DNA of 61,964 bases from Coriobacteriaceae bacterium (GTDB lineage: Bacteria > Bacillota_I > Bacilli_A > RFN20 > CAG-826). Both the position numbers and the translations under genes were made by a program. This document shows, one piece after another, positions 7,921 through 16,722 of this stretch (positions are counted from its first letter, which is position 1; the number at the start of each line of letters is the position of its first letter). Under the pieces are notes generated by a model, which saw only the letters and a list, made by a program, of their open reading frames with translations, did no database searches and was not told the DNA's origin. Location of the stretch: positions 69,824 to 131,787 of the forward strand of contig CAVDXG010000001.1 of assembly GCA_963612925.1 (NCBI GenBank), given 5' to 3'.

Positions 7921-8793
7921 TTATTTTCTTTTGGCATACAAATCATAAGCACTGAGTATGCGTTTGGTTGATATATTTGTATATATTTGAGTAGTAGCAA
8001 TATTTGTGTGCCCAAGCATTTCTTGAACCGCGCGTAAATCAGCACCATTTTCTAGCATGTGAGTAGCAAAGCAATGCCTTAATGTATGAGGAGATATGCT
8101 TTCTTTAATGCCAACTTGATCAGCGTATTTTTTAATTTGAAGAAAGAAATATTGCCTAGATAATGGTTTTCCATAACGGTTAATGAATAAATTTTTGCAG
8201 TTTGTATGGTGCTTTTTTCTTAAATCGATATATTTTTCTAAATAATCAGCAGCATATTCTCCTAGAGGAACTTTGCGTTCTTTGTTGCCTTTACCAACGA
8301 TTTGAATAATCCCTTTTTCAAAATTAATTTGTGATAATTTTAATGATAGTAGTTCACTTACGCGAAGCCCTGAGGAATACATCGTTTCTAGCATAGCTTT
8401 ATCTCGGAGCCCTTCTTCTTTTTCAATGTTTGGGGCATTTAGCAACTTTTCAACTTCTTCAACAGAAATAGCTAAAGGCAGTTTTTTGACACTTTTTGGC
8501 GTTTCGATCTTGTTTAACTTAAGGCTGATTATTTTCTCTTTTTCTAAGAAACTATAGAAGTTTTTTGTCGATGATAATCTTCGATGAATTGTTGATGTCG
8601 ACAAAAACTCTTTGTTTTGCAATTTGACAAAATCAGCGATATCGGTTGGCAAAAAATCGTCTGTATCATGCTTGTTTAACTCGTGTAAAAACTTTTTTAA
8701 ATCGTAATAATACGATTTGATGGTGTCGTTGCTGACACCTTTTTCAACTCTTAAATATTGAAAATATAAATCGATTGCATCATCTAATTGCAT
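7921..8793 (-). CDS. xerD: Tyrosine recombinase XerD (XerC/D family)
   Basis: Catalytic signature GLRVSEL, HTLRHCFATH and LGHTNIATTQIYT (R-H-R-H-Y). 290 aa. xerD-deoB adjacency as in B. subtilis ripX-drm. Confidence 0.8.
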   Translation of the reverse strand: MQLDDAIDLYFQYLRVEKGVSNDTIKSYYYDLKKFLHELNKHDTDDFLPTDIADFVKLQNKEFLSTSTIHRRLSSTKNFYSFLEKEKIISLKLNKIETPKSVKKLPLAISVEEVEKLLNAPNIEKEEGLRDKAMLETMYSSGLRVSELLSLKLSQINFEKGIIQIVGKGNKERKVPLGEYAADYLEKYIDLRKKHHTNCKNLFINRYGKPLSRQYFFLQIKKYADQVGIKESISPHTLRHCFATHMLENGADLRAVQEMLGHTNIATTQIYTNISTKRILSAYDLYAKRK

Positions 8794-9986
8794 TTTTTGT
8801 TTCCTTCATTGAGTATGTCACGCGCTGTTTTAAGTGCTTCTTTATTTAGTTTTCTATTAAATTCCGCGATTAGTAATTTTGTAGCGTATTCTTCTTTTAA
8901 TTGTTCGAAATCATCAAATATTGATAATTGTACTGGCACAGAATTTTTATCAATCAAGTTTTGTAGAGTCACTCCAACAAGTCGAATGTAGTTATTTTCA
9001 TCGTAATTTTTATCAAGCAAAGATATTGCTGCGTCAACTAGCAAATCATATTCGTTGGTGGCCTCTTTTAATGTTTCTGAGCGATTAATGATTCGAAATC
9101 GACTATCTTTTAAAACTATTTGCACAGTTTGAACTACTTTGTCGGCTTCTTTTGCTTTAAAAGAGACTTCTTTTGTTAACATTTTGATATTTTTAACTAG
9201 CTCATCATAATTGTTGGTATCTTCAAGTAAAGTGTGACTTTTCGAGATAGATTTTGGATCAAACTTTTCTTGATTTATTTCATCATCTCCTCTGCCGTTA
9301 AGCCAATCTTTAATGACGATATAAAATTTACCGAGTTCTTGTTTTACTTTGATGTCATCTTCATCGATTTTTTTCGATAAATCACCAATAGTGTTAATAT
9401 TCAATTCTTTTAATTTTGGCGCTGTCTTTTTACCGATTCCATAAAATGATTCAATAGCTAGAGGATCAAGATACTTATGGATATCGCGCTTTCGAATAAT
9501 GGTAATTCCCATTGGCTTTTGATAATCGCTGGCCATCTTAGCAAGAAATTTAGTTGGTCCAACTCCAATTGAACATTTAAGCTTGGTTTCCTTATAAAGT
9601 TGGTTCTGCATATCTTTTAAATACTGGTTCACATCTATTGCTTTGCTTAATGTCTCGCTCATGTCTAAATAACATTCATCGATTGAAGCTTGTTCTATTA
9701 ATTTTGAATACCTTCTCAAAAAGGCAACAAACTTATTAGACATCGTTTCGTAATAGCTATAATCGCCTGGAATAATGATGGCTTTTGGACATAATTGAGT
9801 CGCTTTAAACATTGGCATTCCGCTAGAAACGCCATATTTTCTGGCCTCATATGAGCAAGTTGAAACGATTCCGCCTCGGCCTTGATGACCAATTAAGATT
9901 GCTTTATTTTCTAGCGAGGGATTCTTAATTTCTTCGCAACGCACAAAAAAGGCATTTAAATCAACATGAAGAATAATTTTGCTCAT
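8784..9986 (-). CDS. dinB: DNA polymerase IV (Y-family)
   Basis: ILHVDLNAFFVRCE N-terminus, SIDECYLD motif, 400 aa. Confidence 0.9.
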   Translation of the reverse strand: MSKIILHVDLNAFFVRCEEIKNPSLENKAILIGHQGRGGIVSTCSYEARKYGVSSGMPMFKATQLCPKAIIIPGDYSYYETMSNKFVAFLRRYSKLIEQASIDECYLDMSETLSKAIDVNQYLKDMQNQLYKETKLKCSIGVGPTKFLAKMASDYQKPMGITIIRKRDIHKYLDPLAIESFYGIGKKTAPKLKELNINTIGDLSKKIDEDDIKVKQELGKFYIVIKDWLNGRGDDEINQEKFDPKSISKSHTLLEDTNNYDELVKNIKMLTKEVSFKAKEADKVVQTVQIVLKDSRFRIINRSETLKEATNEYDLLVDAAISLLDKNYDENNYIRLVGVTLQNLIDKNSVPVQLSIFDDFEQLKEEYATKLLIAEFNRKLNKEALKTARDILNEGNKKCN

Positions 9987-9992
9987 GATTTT

Positions 9993-10021
9993 ATTCTATG
10001 CGAATAAAAAATAGCATTCAA
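9993..10021 (-). promoter_or_regulatory. Predicted sigma-A type promoter of dinB-xerD
   Basis: On the minus strand: TTGAAT (10016-10021), 17-nt spacer, TAGAAT (9993-9998). The ATG follows 6 nt after the -10 with no SD. Confidence 0.4.
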
Positions 10022-10039
10022 CATTATGTTAACCAAATG

Positions 10040-11908
10040 TTAGTTTTTAGCTATTTTTTCAACGATTTGACTTGGCAAAAGTTCAAAGTCTTCTAACTGT
10101 TCATTTATAGTTGCTTGACTTACAAATTGCTTTTTAATTGAATGAATTTCAATTTCACCTTGATAATGTGCTTTTTCTAATTTTGTAATTAAGGGATTAG
10201 CAAATCCATCTTCTATAGAATATGGATCGTAAATAATCAAATGTTTGTGCTTTAACAATTGAGTCACATTTTCATCCTTTATCGGCAAAAGATATAGGGC
10301 ATTATAAATCGTGCAATCGATTTGCTTTTCTTCGATTAAATCAGCTAATTCTCTTAAATATGGTCCAACGCCGATGATAGCTAAATCGTCTTTAGTGCCT
10401 TCTTTTATTTTTAGCCAACTTCCGTATGGAATATTTATAGTTTCAATAACTTCCTCATTTTTAGTTATTGTTCGAGGTATTCTTATAAAGAATGGCCCGT
10501 GATTAGCAAATGATTCTTCATATAGAAATTTTGCTTCTTCAATCGTGCTAGCCATCGTGACCGTTACATTCGGAATGCTATTTAAAAATGCGAGGTCATA
10601 AATACCTTGATGTGTCTCTCCATCAGATCCAACAAGGCCAGATCGATCAACTAAAATAGTTGAGTTGCAATTCATTCTAGCTAAATCGTGGGATATTTCA
10701 TCGTAAGCTCGCTGCATAAATGTCGAATAAATGCTGATTATTGGATGAATTCCTCCACACGCAAGTGCGCTTGCGAATGTTAAAGCGTGTTCTTCGGCTA
10801 TGCCGACATCAAGTGAACGATTCTTATATTTTGCGAACACTTCATCTAGCCCTGCTCCTTTTATAGTTGCTGGAACAATTAAATAAGCATCTTTATGCTC
10901 GGCCATAATTCCCATCGTGATATCAGCATATATGTGAGACCACGAATTGTAGCCTGGATGCATATTAAGCGGATCACCAGTTTCAATTTCAAATGGAGTG
11001 ACGCCGTGCCAATAACCATTAGAATCGTTTTCGGCTTTTTTATAGCCTTTTCCTTTAATCGTACAAGCATGAATTACGACGGATTTAGTAGTATTTTTCG
11101 CACGTTTAATAGCTTTTTCTAAAGCTTTTATGTTGTGACCATCAATTGGACCGACATAGGAAAACCCCATTTTTTCAAAGATTGTTACTGGAACTAATTT
11201 TCTTTTGACCCAGTTTTTTAAGTGCCTTGATGCTGAATAGATTTTTTGACCAAATTTAGTTTTAAACATCCAACGTTGATACGCTTTTTTAAAGCGGTTA
11301 TAGCCGTAAGCAGTTGAAATTCTAGAAAATAATTTTCCAAAAGCACCTGTCGGCTTTGAGATTGACATGCCGTTATCATTTAGGAAAACAATGATTTTGT
11401 GCTGACTTCCAGCGGTATTATTTAAGCCTTCAACAGCCAGTCCTGATACTATTGACGCATCGCCAATAAAGGCGATAACATCGAAGTTTTCATGATTTAA
11501 ATCGCGAGCAACAGCGAAGCCGTTTGCGGCGCTTATTGAGGTCGAGGAATGACCAGCCTCATAACAATCGTAGATTGATTCATCGCGTTTTTGAAAACCG
11601 GAAACACCGCCTTTTTTACGCAAATTATCTAGGCTTCTTCCGGTTAAAATTTTGTATGTATAGCATTGATGGCCAACATCAAAGATAATTTTATCTTTGC
11701 TAAAATCAAAACATCTGCATAGAGCAATTGTTGACTCGACTGTTCCTAGATTGCTCGATAAGTGTCCACCGTTTTGACTAGTTATATGCAAAATATAATC
11801 CCTAATCTCAGAAGATAGATCGTTGAGCTGCTTATATGAAAGATCTTTTAAAAACTCCGGTGAGTGGATATCTTTTAAATCAATATTGTAGACTGTTTTT
11901 GATGACAT
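10040..11908 (-). CDS. dxs: 1-deoxy-D-xylulose-5-phosphate synthase
   Basis: 622 aa with GHLSSNLGTVE, a ThDP motif region (GDAS...NDNGMSIS) and transketolase-like C-terminal domains. Follows xseB as in B. subtilis. Confidence 0.9.
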   Translation of the reverse strand: MSSKTVYNIDLKDIHSPEFLKDLSYKQLNDLSSEIRDYILHITSQNGGHLSSNLGTVESTIALCRCFDFSKDKIIFDVGHQCYTYKILTGRSLDNLRKKGGVSGFQKRDESIYDCYEAGHSSTSISAANGFAVARDLNHENFDVIAFIGDASIVSGLAVEGLNNTAGSQHKIIVFLNDNGMSISKPTGAFGKLFSRISTAYGYNRFKKAYQRWMFKTKFGQKIYSASRHLKNWVKRKLVPVTIFEKMGFSYVGPIDGHNIKALEKAIKRAKNTTKSVVIHACTIKGKGYKKAENDSNGYWHGVTPFEIETGDPLNMHPGYNSWSHIYADITMGIMAEHKDAYLIVPATIKGAGLDEVFAKYKNRSLDVGIAEEHALTFASALACGGIHPIISIYSTFMQRAYDEISHDLARMNCNSTILVDRSGLVGSDGETHQGIYDLAFLNSIPNVTVTMASTIEEAKFLYEESFANHGPFFIRIPRTITKNEEVIETINIPYGSWLKIKEGTKDDLAIIGVGPYLRELADLIEEKQIDCTIYNALYLLPIKDENVTQLLKHKHLIIYDPYSIEDGFANPLITKLEKAHYQGEIEIHSIKKQFVSQATINEQLEDFELLPSQIVEKIAKN

Positions 11909-11945
11909 TTTTTAACTAATTAAATACTAAATTTATACTATTATA

Positions 11946-12149
11946 TTATTTACTATCTTTAGATAGTTTTTCGATTTTCTCTTCCGCTTCTTTGAATGCT
12001 TTTTCTAATAAAGCAATTAACTTTTTGCCTTCCTCATAATAGGCCATGCACTTCTCTAAAGGAAGCGTTTCATTTTCTAATATAGATACAATTTCATCTA
12101 ATCTTTTTATCGATTTTTCAATGTCTAATTTTTCGTTTGCCATCGTCAT
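11946..12149 (-). CDS. xseB: Exodeoxyribonuclease VII small subunit
   Basis: 67-aa helical protein with LEKS/LDEIV..LE...L.LE core. 4-nt overlap with xseA. Confidence 0.85.
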   Translation of the reverse strand: MTMANEKLDIEKSIKRLDEIVSILENETLPLEKCMAYYEEGKKLIALLEKAFKEAEEKIEKLSKDSK

Positions 12150-13351
12150 TCTCCTTTTGAAAGGACTTTGCCTTTTATATTTCCATCGCTTAGCTTAATG
12201 CTAAAAATATCATCTAATTTGACTTGCTTTACACTTTTTATAATTATACCATTCTCGTTTTCTAGTATCGAATAGCCACGATTTAGTGTGCTATTAACGG
12301 ATAATGTTTCCAATCGGTTCTTAAGTGAATTAATTTTAGCTAATGATAGATCGTATTGATGTCTCATCAATAAATTCAGTTTATTGTTTAAAACATTAAT
12401 GCGTTCTAATTGGTCTTTATAAATTAATTTAGGTTCTAGAAAGTATTTGAAATGTTTAACAGAATCTAAATAAGTTTTGTAAGTTGCGATTTTATTTTTG
12501 AGTAAAGTATCCATTCTATCGCTAGAATCGATTAATTTTTGGTATATTTCTCGTTTATCAAAAGTAGCTAGTTCGGCTGCACCTGTCGGCGTTGAGGCTC
12601 TTACATCAGCAACATAATCAAGCAAAGTAAAGTCAATTTCATGCCCTACTGCCGAGATAACAGGAATATCTAATTTAGCAACAGCGCGAACGAGATTTTC
12701 ATCGTTAAAAGCGCTTAAATCTTCACTTGCGCCACCTCCACGGCCGATGATGAGAGTATCTAAATGGCTGGTTTTGGCTATTTCAACAGCTTTTATAAGC
12801 TCTTTTATAGCACCTTCGCCTTGTACCATGCTTTCTATCAAAACAATGTCTAATAAGGGGTTTCTACGCAAAAGATTTGTGTAGATATCTGCTATAGCCG
12901 CGCTGTTTGGGGCGGAAATCACGCCAATGCGACTTGCGTATATATTTACTTTTTTCTTTCGCGATTCATCAAATAAGCCTTCGGCGGCGAGCTTCTTTTT
13001 CAACAATTCTAATTCTAGAAGCTGAGCGCCTTTTCCATAGAGCTGCATCGCTTCAGCGTATAGTTGATACTCTCCTCTTGCTGGATAAACGCTTACCCTT
13101 CCACTTACTAAGACCTCATCACCTACTTTGAATTGCTGGTCTAGTTTTCTTGCATAGTCATAAAACATTACAGCTTTTAAAGATGATGAATCATCTTTGA
13201 GAGAGAAATATATATGCCCATTTGGATATTGCTTATAATTAGAAATCTCTCCTCGCACTGAAATTTTGCGCAACACGAAATTGCTATCAAACATGCTTTT
13301 GATGTAATTATTTAAAGTGGAAATCGTAAAAGTATTGTTATCTCCGATCAT
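12146..13351 (-). CDS. xseA: Exodeoxyribonuclease VII large subunit
   Basis: 401 aa. N-terminal OB fold (VRGEISNYK..NGHIYFSLKD), GRGGGS motif (IIGRGGGASEDL), C-terminal coiled coil. Confidence 0.9.
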   Translation of the reverse strand: MIGDNNTFTISTLNNYIKSMFDSNFVLRKISVRGEISNYKQYPNGHIYFSLKDDSSSLKAVMFYDYARKLDQQFKVGDEVLVSGRVSVYPARGEYQLYAEAMQLYGKGAQLLELELLKKKLAAEGLFDESRKKKVNIYASRIGVISAPNSAAIADIYTNLLRRNPLLDIVLIESMVQGEGAIKELIKAVEIAKTSHLDTLIIGRGGGASEDLSAFNDENLVRAVAKLDIPVISAVGHEIDFTLLDYVADVRASTPTGAAELATFDKREIYQKLIDSSDRMDTLLKNKIATYKTYLDSVKHFKYFLEPKLIYKDQLERINVLNNKLNLLMRHQYDLSLAKINSLKNRLETLSVNSTLNRGYSILENENGIIIKSVKQVKLDDIFSIKLSDGNIKGKVLSKGE

Positions 13352-13761
13352 AATACCTTATCTAAAATGGCGTTTACGAATTTGTAATCATCTTTATCGA
13401 GATACTTTTTGCTAAGAACAATCGCTGTGTTAATAACGACATTTTTATCTGATTCTTTTAAGTATTTATAGTTGGCATAGCTCATGAGCAAAATAGCTTT
13501 TTCTAGATTATTCAATCTAGTGAAATTCCATTTCGGCATCTTCTCTTGGTAAATAGGAATGATTTCATTGATATGCGATAAAGATTTAACGACTAATGAA
13601 CGCGAAAAAAGCGGTATTTCATCAAAAGGCATGTTGAATATGCCTTCCATTAACTCTTCAATTGAAAATTGTTCATCCATGTAACTGTAAAGTAAGGCAT
13701 CATAGATGCACATCATCGAAAGCTTTTGCTCTTCAGTTCTACTAATCATTTGCCTCTCCAT
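13348..13761 (-). CDS. nusB: Transcription antitermination factor NusB
   Basis: W.F.RLN.LEKAILLM...VVINTAI.L.KKY....YKFVNAILDKV matches the NusB core. The start could instead be the ATG at 13749. Confidence 0.8.
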   Translation of the reverse strand: MERQMISRTEEQKLSMMCIYDALLYSYMDEQFSIEELMEGIFNMPFDEIPLFSRSLVVKSLSHINEIIPIYQEKMPKWNFTRLNNLEKAILLMSYANYKYLKESDKNVVINTAIVLSKKYLDKDDYKFVNAILDKVL

Positions 13762-14374
13762 AAGCTATAACTTCGCTTTTTATCTCTTCGTTTAATTTTA
13801 AAAGTTTTTGACCATTATATTTATATTCAAGATGAATTACATTGTAATATTCGATGATAGCAATAATGCAGGCTATCATTACAATGATGTGGCTTACTAA
13901 TGTAAATACATAATTTGCCCAAATAAATGGGATTATATCGAAAGAATAAAGAATAAACATCAACGCAAAATCGAGGGCGTATAAGCCGCTTGCTAAAAAG
14001 AGCGTCCATTTATTTCCTTTTGAAGCAAAGAAACTCATTACTCCGAAAAGTCCGCTTATTAATAGAGCGATTAAAATAATTAGAAAGTTCACCATTATTC
14101 CGTGATTTGCTCTTAAAAGAGCGTTATTAATTAGTTGCTGAATAGAATAAGATAATGAATATCCACTTATTGGCCAATAATAATTTAAATTAGCGACAAT
14201 GGTATTTTCGTTTATGCGAAACGCTTCTACTTGAAGGATGCCAAGGACAATTGCGAAAATATTTAAAATTCCTGAAAATAAAAGAAAAATCGAAGATCTT
14301 CGATACAATCTAACTGCTTTGTTATGGGTCTTTAAATATGAGGTAGACCCATCTCTTCGATTTTTACTTTTCAT
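13742..14374 (-). CDS. Hypothetical polytopic membrane protein
   Basis: 210 aa: basic N-terminus followed by about 5 hydrophobic helices. Sandwiched between the asp23-family gene and nusB. No family recognised. Confidence 0.5.
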   Translation of the reverse strand: MKSKNRRDGSTSYLKTHNKAVRLYRRSSIFLLFSGILNIFAIVLGILQVEAFRINENTIVANLNYYWPISGYSLSYSIQQLINNALLRANHGIMVNFLIILIALLISGLFGVMSFFASKGNKWTLFLASGLYALDFALMFILYSFDIIPFIWANYVFTLVSHIIVMIACIIAIIEYYNVIHLEYKYNGQKLLKLNEEIKSEVIAYGEAND

Positions 14375-14376
14375 AA

Positions 14377-14721
14377 TTAGGATATTGAGGCTACTTTAAC
14401 TTGAATGCTAAACGGAACTGATTCAGTGTAGGCTAATAAAGATTGGGCTATCTCTTCTTGGATGGCTAAGCAAATGTTACTAGCGTCCACACCTTTTTTA
14501 ATGGTAATTGCAACTTTTATTTCCACTTGTCCATTTGAATGGAAAGTTACTTTCACCGGATGATAAAGTTTAGCTAATAATCGATTTTTTCCTTTTACAG
14601 CTGAACCTTTTGAACCTAAAACGTGATTTGTTGCTTCTAAAGCAAGATCTTCAAAAACTCTTCGAGATATTGCAATTTGTCCATTCACTGAGCAATTTTT
14701 AATATAGATATAATCGGCCAT
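14377..14721 (-). CDS. Asp23/Gls24-family alkaline shock protein
   Basis: 114 aa. G.I.IS..V.E.LA..A pattern and position upstream of nusB, as for B. subtilis yqhY. Confidence 0.8.
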   Translation of the reverse strand: MADYIYIKNCSVNGQIAISRRVFEDLALEATNHVLGSKGSAVKGKNRLLAKLYHPVKVTFHSNGQVEIKVAITIKKGVDASNICLAIQEEIAQSLLAYTESVPFSIQVKVASIS

Positions 14722-14734
14722 AGTACACTCCTTT

Positions 14735-16705
14735 TTATTTGATATGCAAAAGAGTAAATTCTGATAGATCCTCAGCTGTAAAATGGAAATATTTCATAGC
14801 ATCTTTTGCGGGTGCACTTGTTCCAAAAGTATCAATGCCATAGCAATAATCAGCATATTTATGCCAGCCAAATGTTGATAGCATTTCCACAGAAACAATT
14901 TTATTTTTAGGAAGCGATAAGACGCTTTCTTTGTATTTTTCATCTTGTTTATCGAATAAATATGTTGATGGCATCGAAACAACTTCAACATCTAAACCCT
15001 TTTCAAGTAGAAGTTTCTGCGCTTCGAGGGCTAAAGAAACCTCGCTACCAGTTGCTAATAAAATCGCCTCTGCTTTTTTATGAGCTTTACTTATTACATA
15101 AGCGCCTTTATCGACACCTTCTAATTTTGAATTGAGTAAAGGTAGGCTTTGTCTAGATAATATCAAGGCTGTTGGAGTTTCTTTGCTTTTTAAAGCTAAT
15201 TTCCACGCTTCGTATGTTTCTCTAGCATCGCAAGGTCGAATAACATTTACATTCGGAATACTTCTTAGCATTGCTAAGGTTTCAATTGGTTGATGAGTTG
15301 GCCCATCTTCTCCGACTGCAATGCTATCGTGAGAGAATAAATAAATTCCAGGTAAACGACTCAATGCTGCCATTCTTATTGCGGCTTTCATGTAATCCGC
15401 AAAAACTAAGAATGCGCCGACATAAGTTTTAACGCCGCCATGTAAAAGCATGCCATTTTGTACTGCTGCCATGGCAAATTCACGAATACCGAAATTAATA
15501 TTTCTTCCATATGGAGTATCTTTTGTGAAATTAACGCCATCGCTAATCTTAGTCATGACGCTTCCGGCGACATCAGCACTTCCTCCCATTAAAAATGGAA
15601 TTTCATGGTGAAGTTCATTTAAAATCTTGCCACTAGCAACGCGTGAAGAATCGTTATTATTTTCTTCAAAAACCGGAGCTTCTTTTAAGTAAGCATCAAC
15701 ATTTCCTTTGAAAGCATCGAGGAAAAGTTTTGCTTCATCCGGATTTTCGCTTTGATATTTTGCAAATGTTTCTTGCCATAATTTTTCTTTTTCTTCACCG
15801 CGTTTAGCAAAGCCGTTTTTGAAGTTATCATAAATTTCTTGCGGAATATAGAAATCAGGATAGTTATAGCCATAAACTTCTTTGGCGTGTCTACCATCTT
15901 CTTCGCCGAGAGGATTGCCGTGAACTTTGCTTGTTCCTTCTTTTTCGCTGCCATAACCAATAACGGTGTGCACAATGATTAAAGTAGGCTTGTCATCGCT
16001 CTTTTTGGCTTCTTTAATCGCTTCGTCAATCGCTTGTAAATCGTTTCCGTCTTTCACTTCTAAAACATTCCATTCTGAAGCAATAAATCTTTCTTTGACA
16101 TTTTCGCTAAAGGATAAATTTAATCCTCCATCGAGAGTGACATTGTTTGAATCATAGAACAAGATGAGTTTATTTAGCCGATGATGTCCTGCTAAAGAGA
16201 TAGCTTCTTGAGATAAGCCTTCTTGAAGACAGCCATCACCACATAAAGCATAGGTGTAATGTGAAATAAGTTTTTCACCATCTTTATATTGGGCCGCGAC
16301 CGCTCTTTCAGCCATTGCCATACCAACTGCTTGAGCGATGCCTTGGCCTAAAGGTCCGGAAGTAGCATCCACACCTTTGGTATGTTTATATTCAGGATGA
16401 CCAGGCGTTAGACTATTGAGTTGTCTAAATGATTTAAGGTCATCAAGAGATAGTTCATATCCTGAAACATGAAGTAAAGTGTATAAAAGTGAACTAGCAT
16501 GACCTGCCGAAAGAACGAATCTATCACGATTGATCCATTCAGGATCTTTAGGGTTAGCCACTAAATGTTTGCTGAACAATGTGTATAAAATAGGTGCACT
16601 ACCTAATGCCATGCCTGGATGGCCGGACTTTGCTTTGTTCACCACATCGATGCACATTGCTCGAATGGCACTTACTGATAATTTATCGAGTTCTTTTTGG
16701 TCCAT
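14735..16705 (-). CDS. tkt: Transketolase
   Basis: 656 aa. SGHPG, GDGCLQEG (ThDP motif) and EDGPTHQPIE motifs. Confidence 0.9.
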   Translation of the reverse strand: MDQKELDKLSVSAIRAMCIDVVNKAKSGHPGMALGSAPILYTLFSKHLVANPKDPEWINRDRFVLSAGHASSLLYTLLHVSGYELSLDDLKSFRQLNSLTPGHPEYKHTKGVDATSGPLGQGIAQAVGMAMAERAVAAQYKDGEKLISHYTYALCGDGCLQEGLSQEAISLAGHHRLNKLILFYDSNNVTLDGGLNLSFSENVKERFIASEWNVLEVKDGNDLQAIDEAIKEAKKSDDKPTLIIVHTVIGYGSEKEGTSKVHGNPLGEEDGRHAKEVYGYNYPDFYIPQEIYDNFKNGFAKRGEEKEKLWQETFAKYQSENPDEAKLFLDAFKGNVDAYLKEAPVFEENNNDSSRVASGKILNELHHEIPFLMGGSADVAGSVMTKISDGVNFTKDTPYGRNINFGIREFAMAAVQNGMLLHGGVKTYVGAFLVFADYMKAAIRMAALSRLPGIYLFSHDSIAVGEDGPTHQPIETLAMLRSIPNVNVIRPCDARETYEAWKLALKSKETPTALILSRQSLPLLNSKLEGVDKGAYVISKAHKKAEAILLATGSEVSLALEAQKLLLEKGLDVEVVSMPSTYLFDKQDEKYKESVLSLPKNKIVSVEMLSTFGWHKYADYCYGIDTFGTSAPAKDAMKYFHFTAEDLSEFTLLHIK

Positions 16706-16722
16706 GTTTTTCTCCTTCTTGT

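Noticed and set aside
7921-8793. Tyrosine recombinase as a marker of a prophage or integrative element.
   Set aside because: It is XerD-like in length and motifs. It sits in the conserved xerD-deoB context and overlaps dinB. There are no flanking att-like repeats, phage genes or compositional break.
4283-10022. The segment between the dif-like site and the 15-nt repeat as a Xer-exploiting integrated element (IMEX) flanked by dif and pseudo-dif.
   Set aside because: The segment contains xerD, deoB and dinB in Bacillus-like order and shows no compositional shift. The second copy lacks a left arm and a central region. I keep this only as a remote alternative under the 15-mer finding.
9987-10039. 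LexA (Cheo-box, GAAC-N4-GTTC) operator upstream of dinB, also looked for upstream of ruvA.
   Set aside because: Only GAAT-N10-ATTC is present, with the wrong spacing and half-sites. No Cheo-like box is visible in 29432-29589 either.
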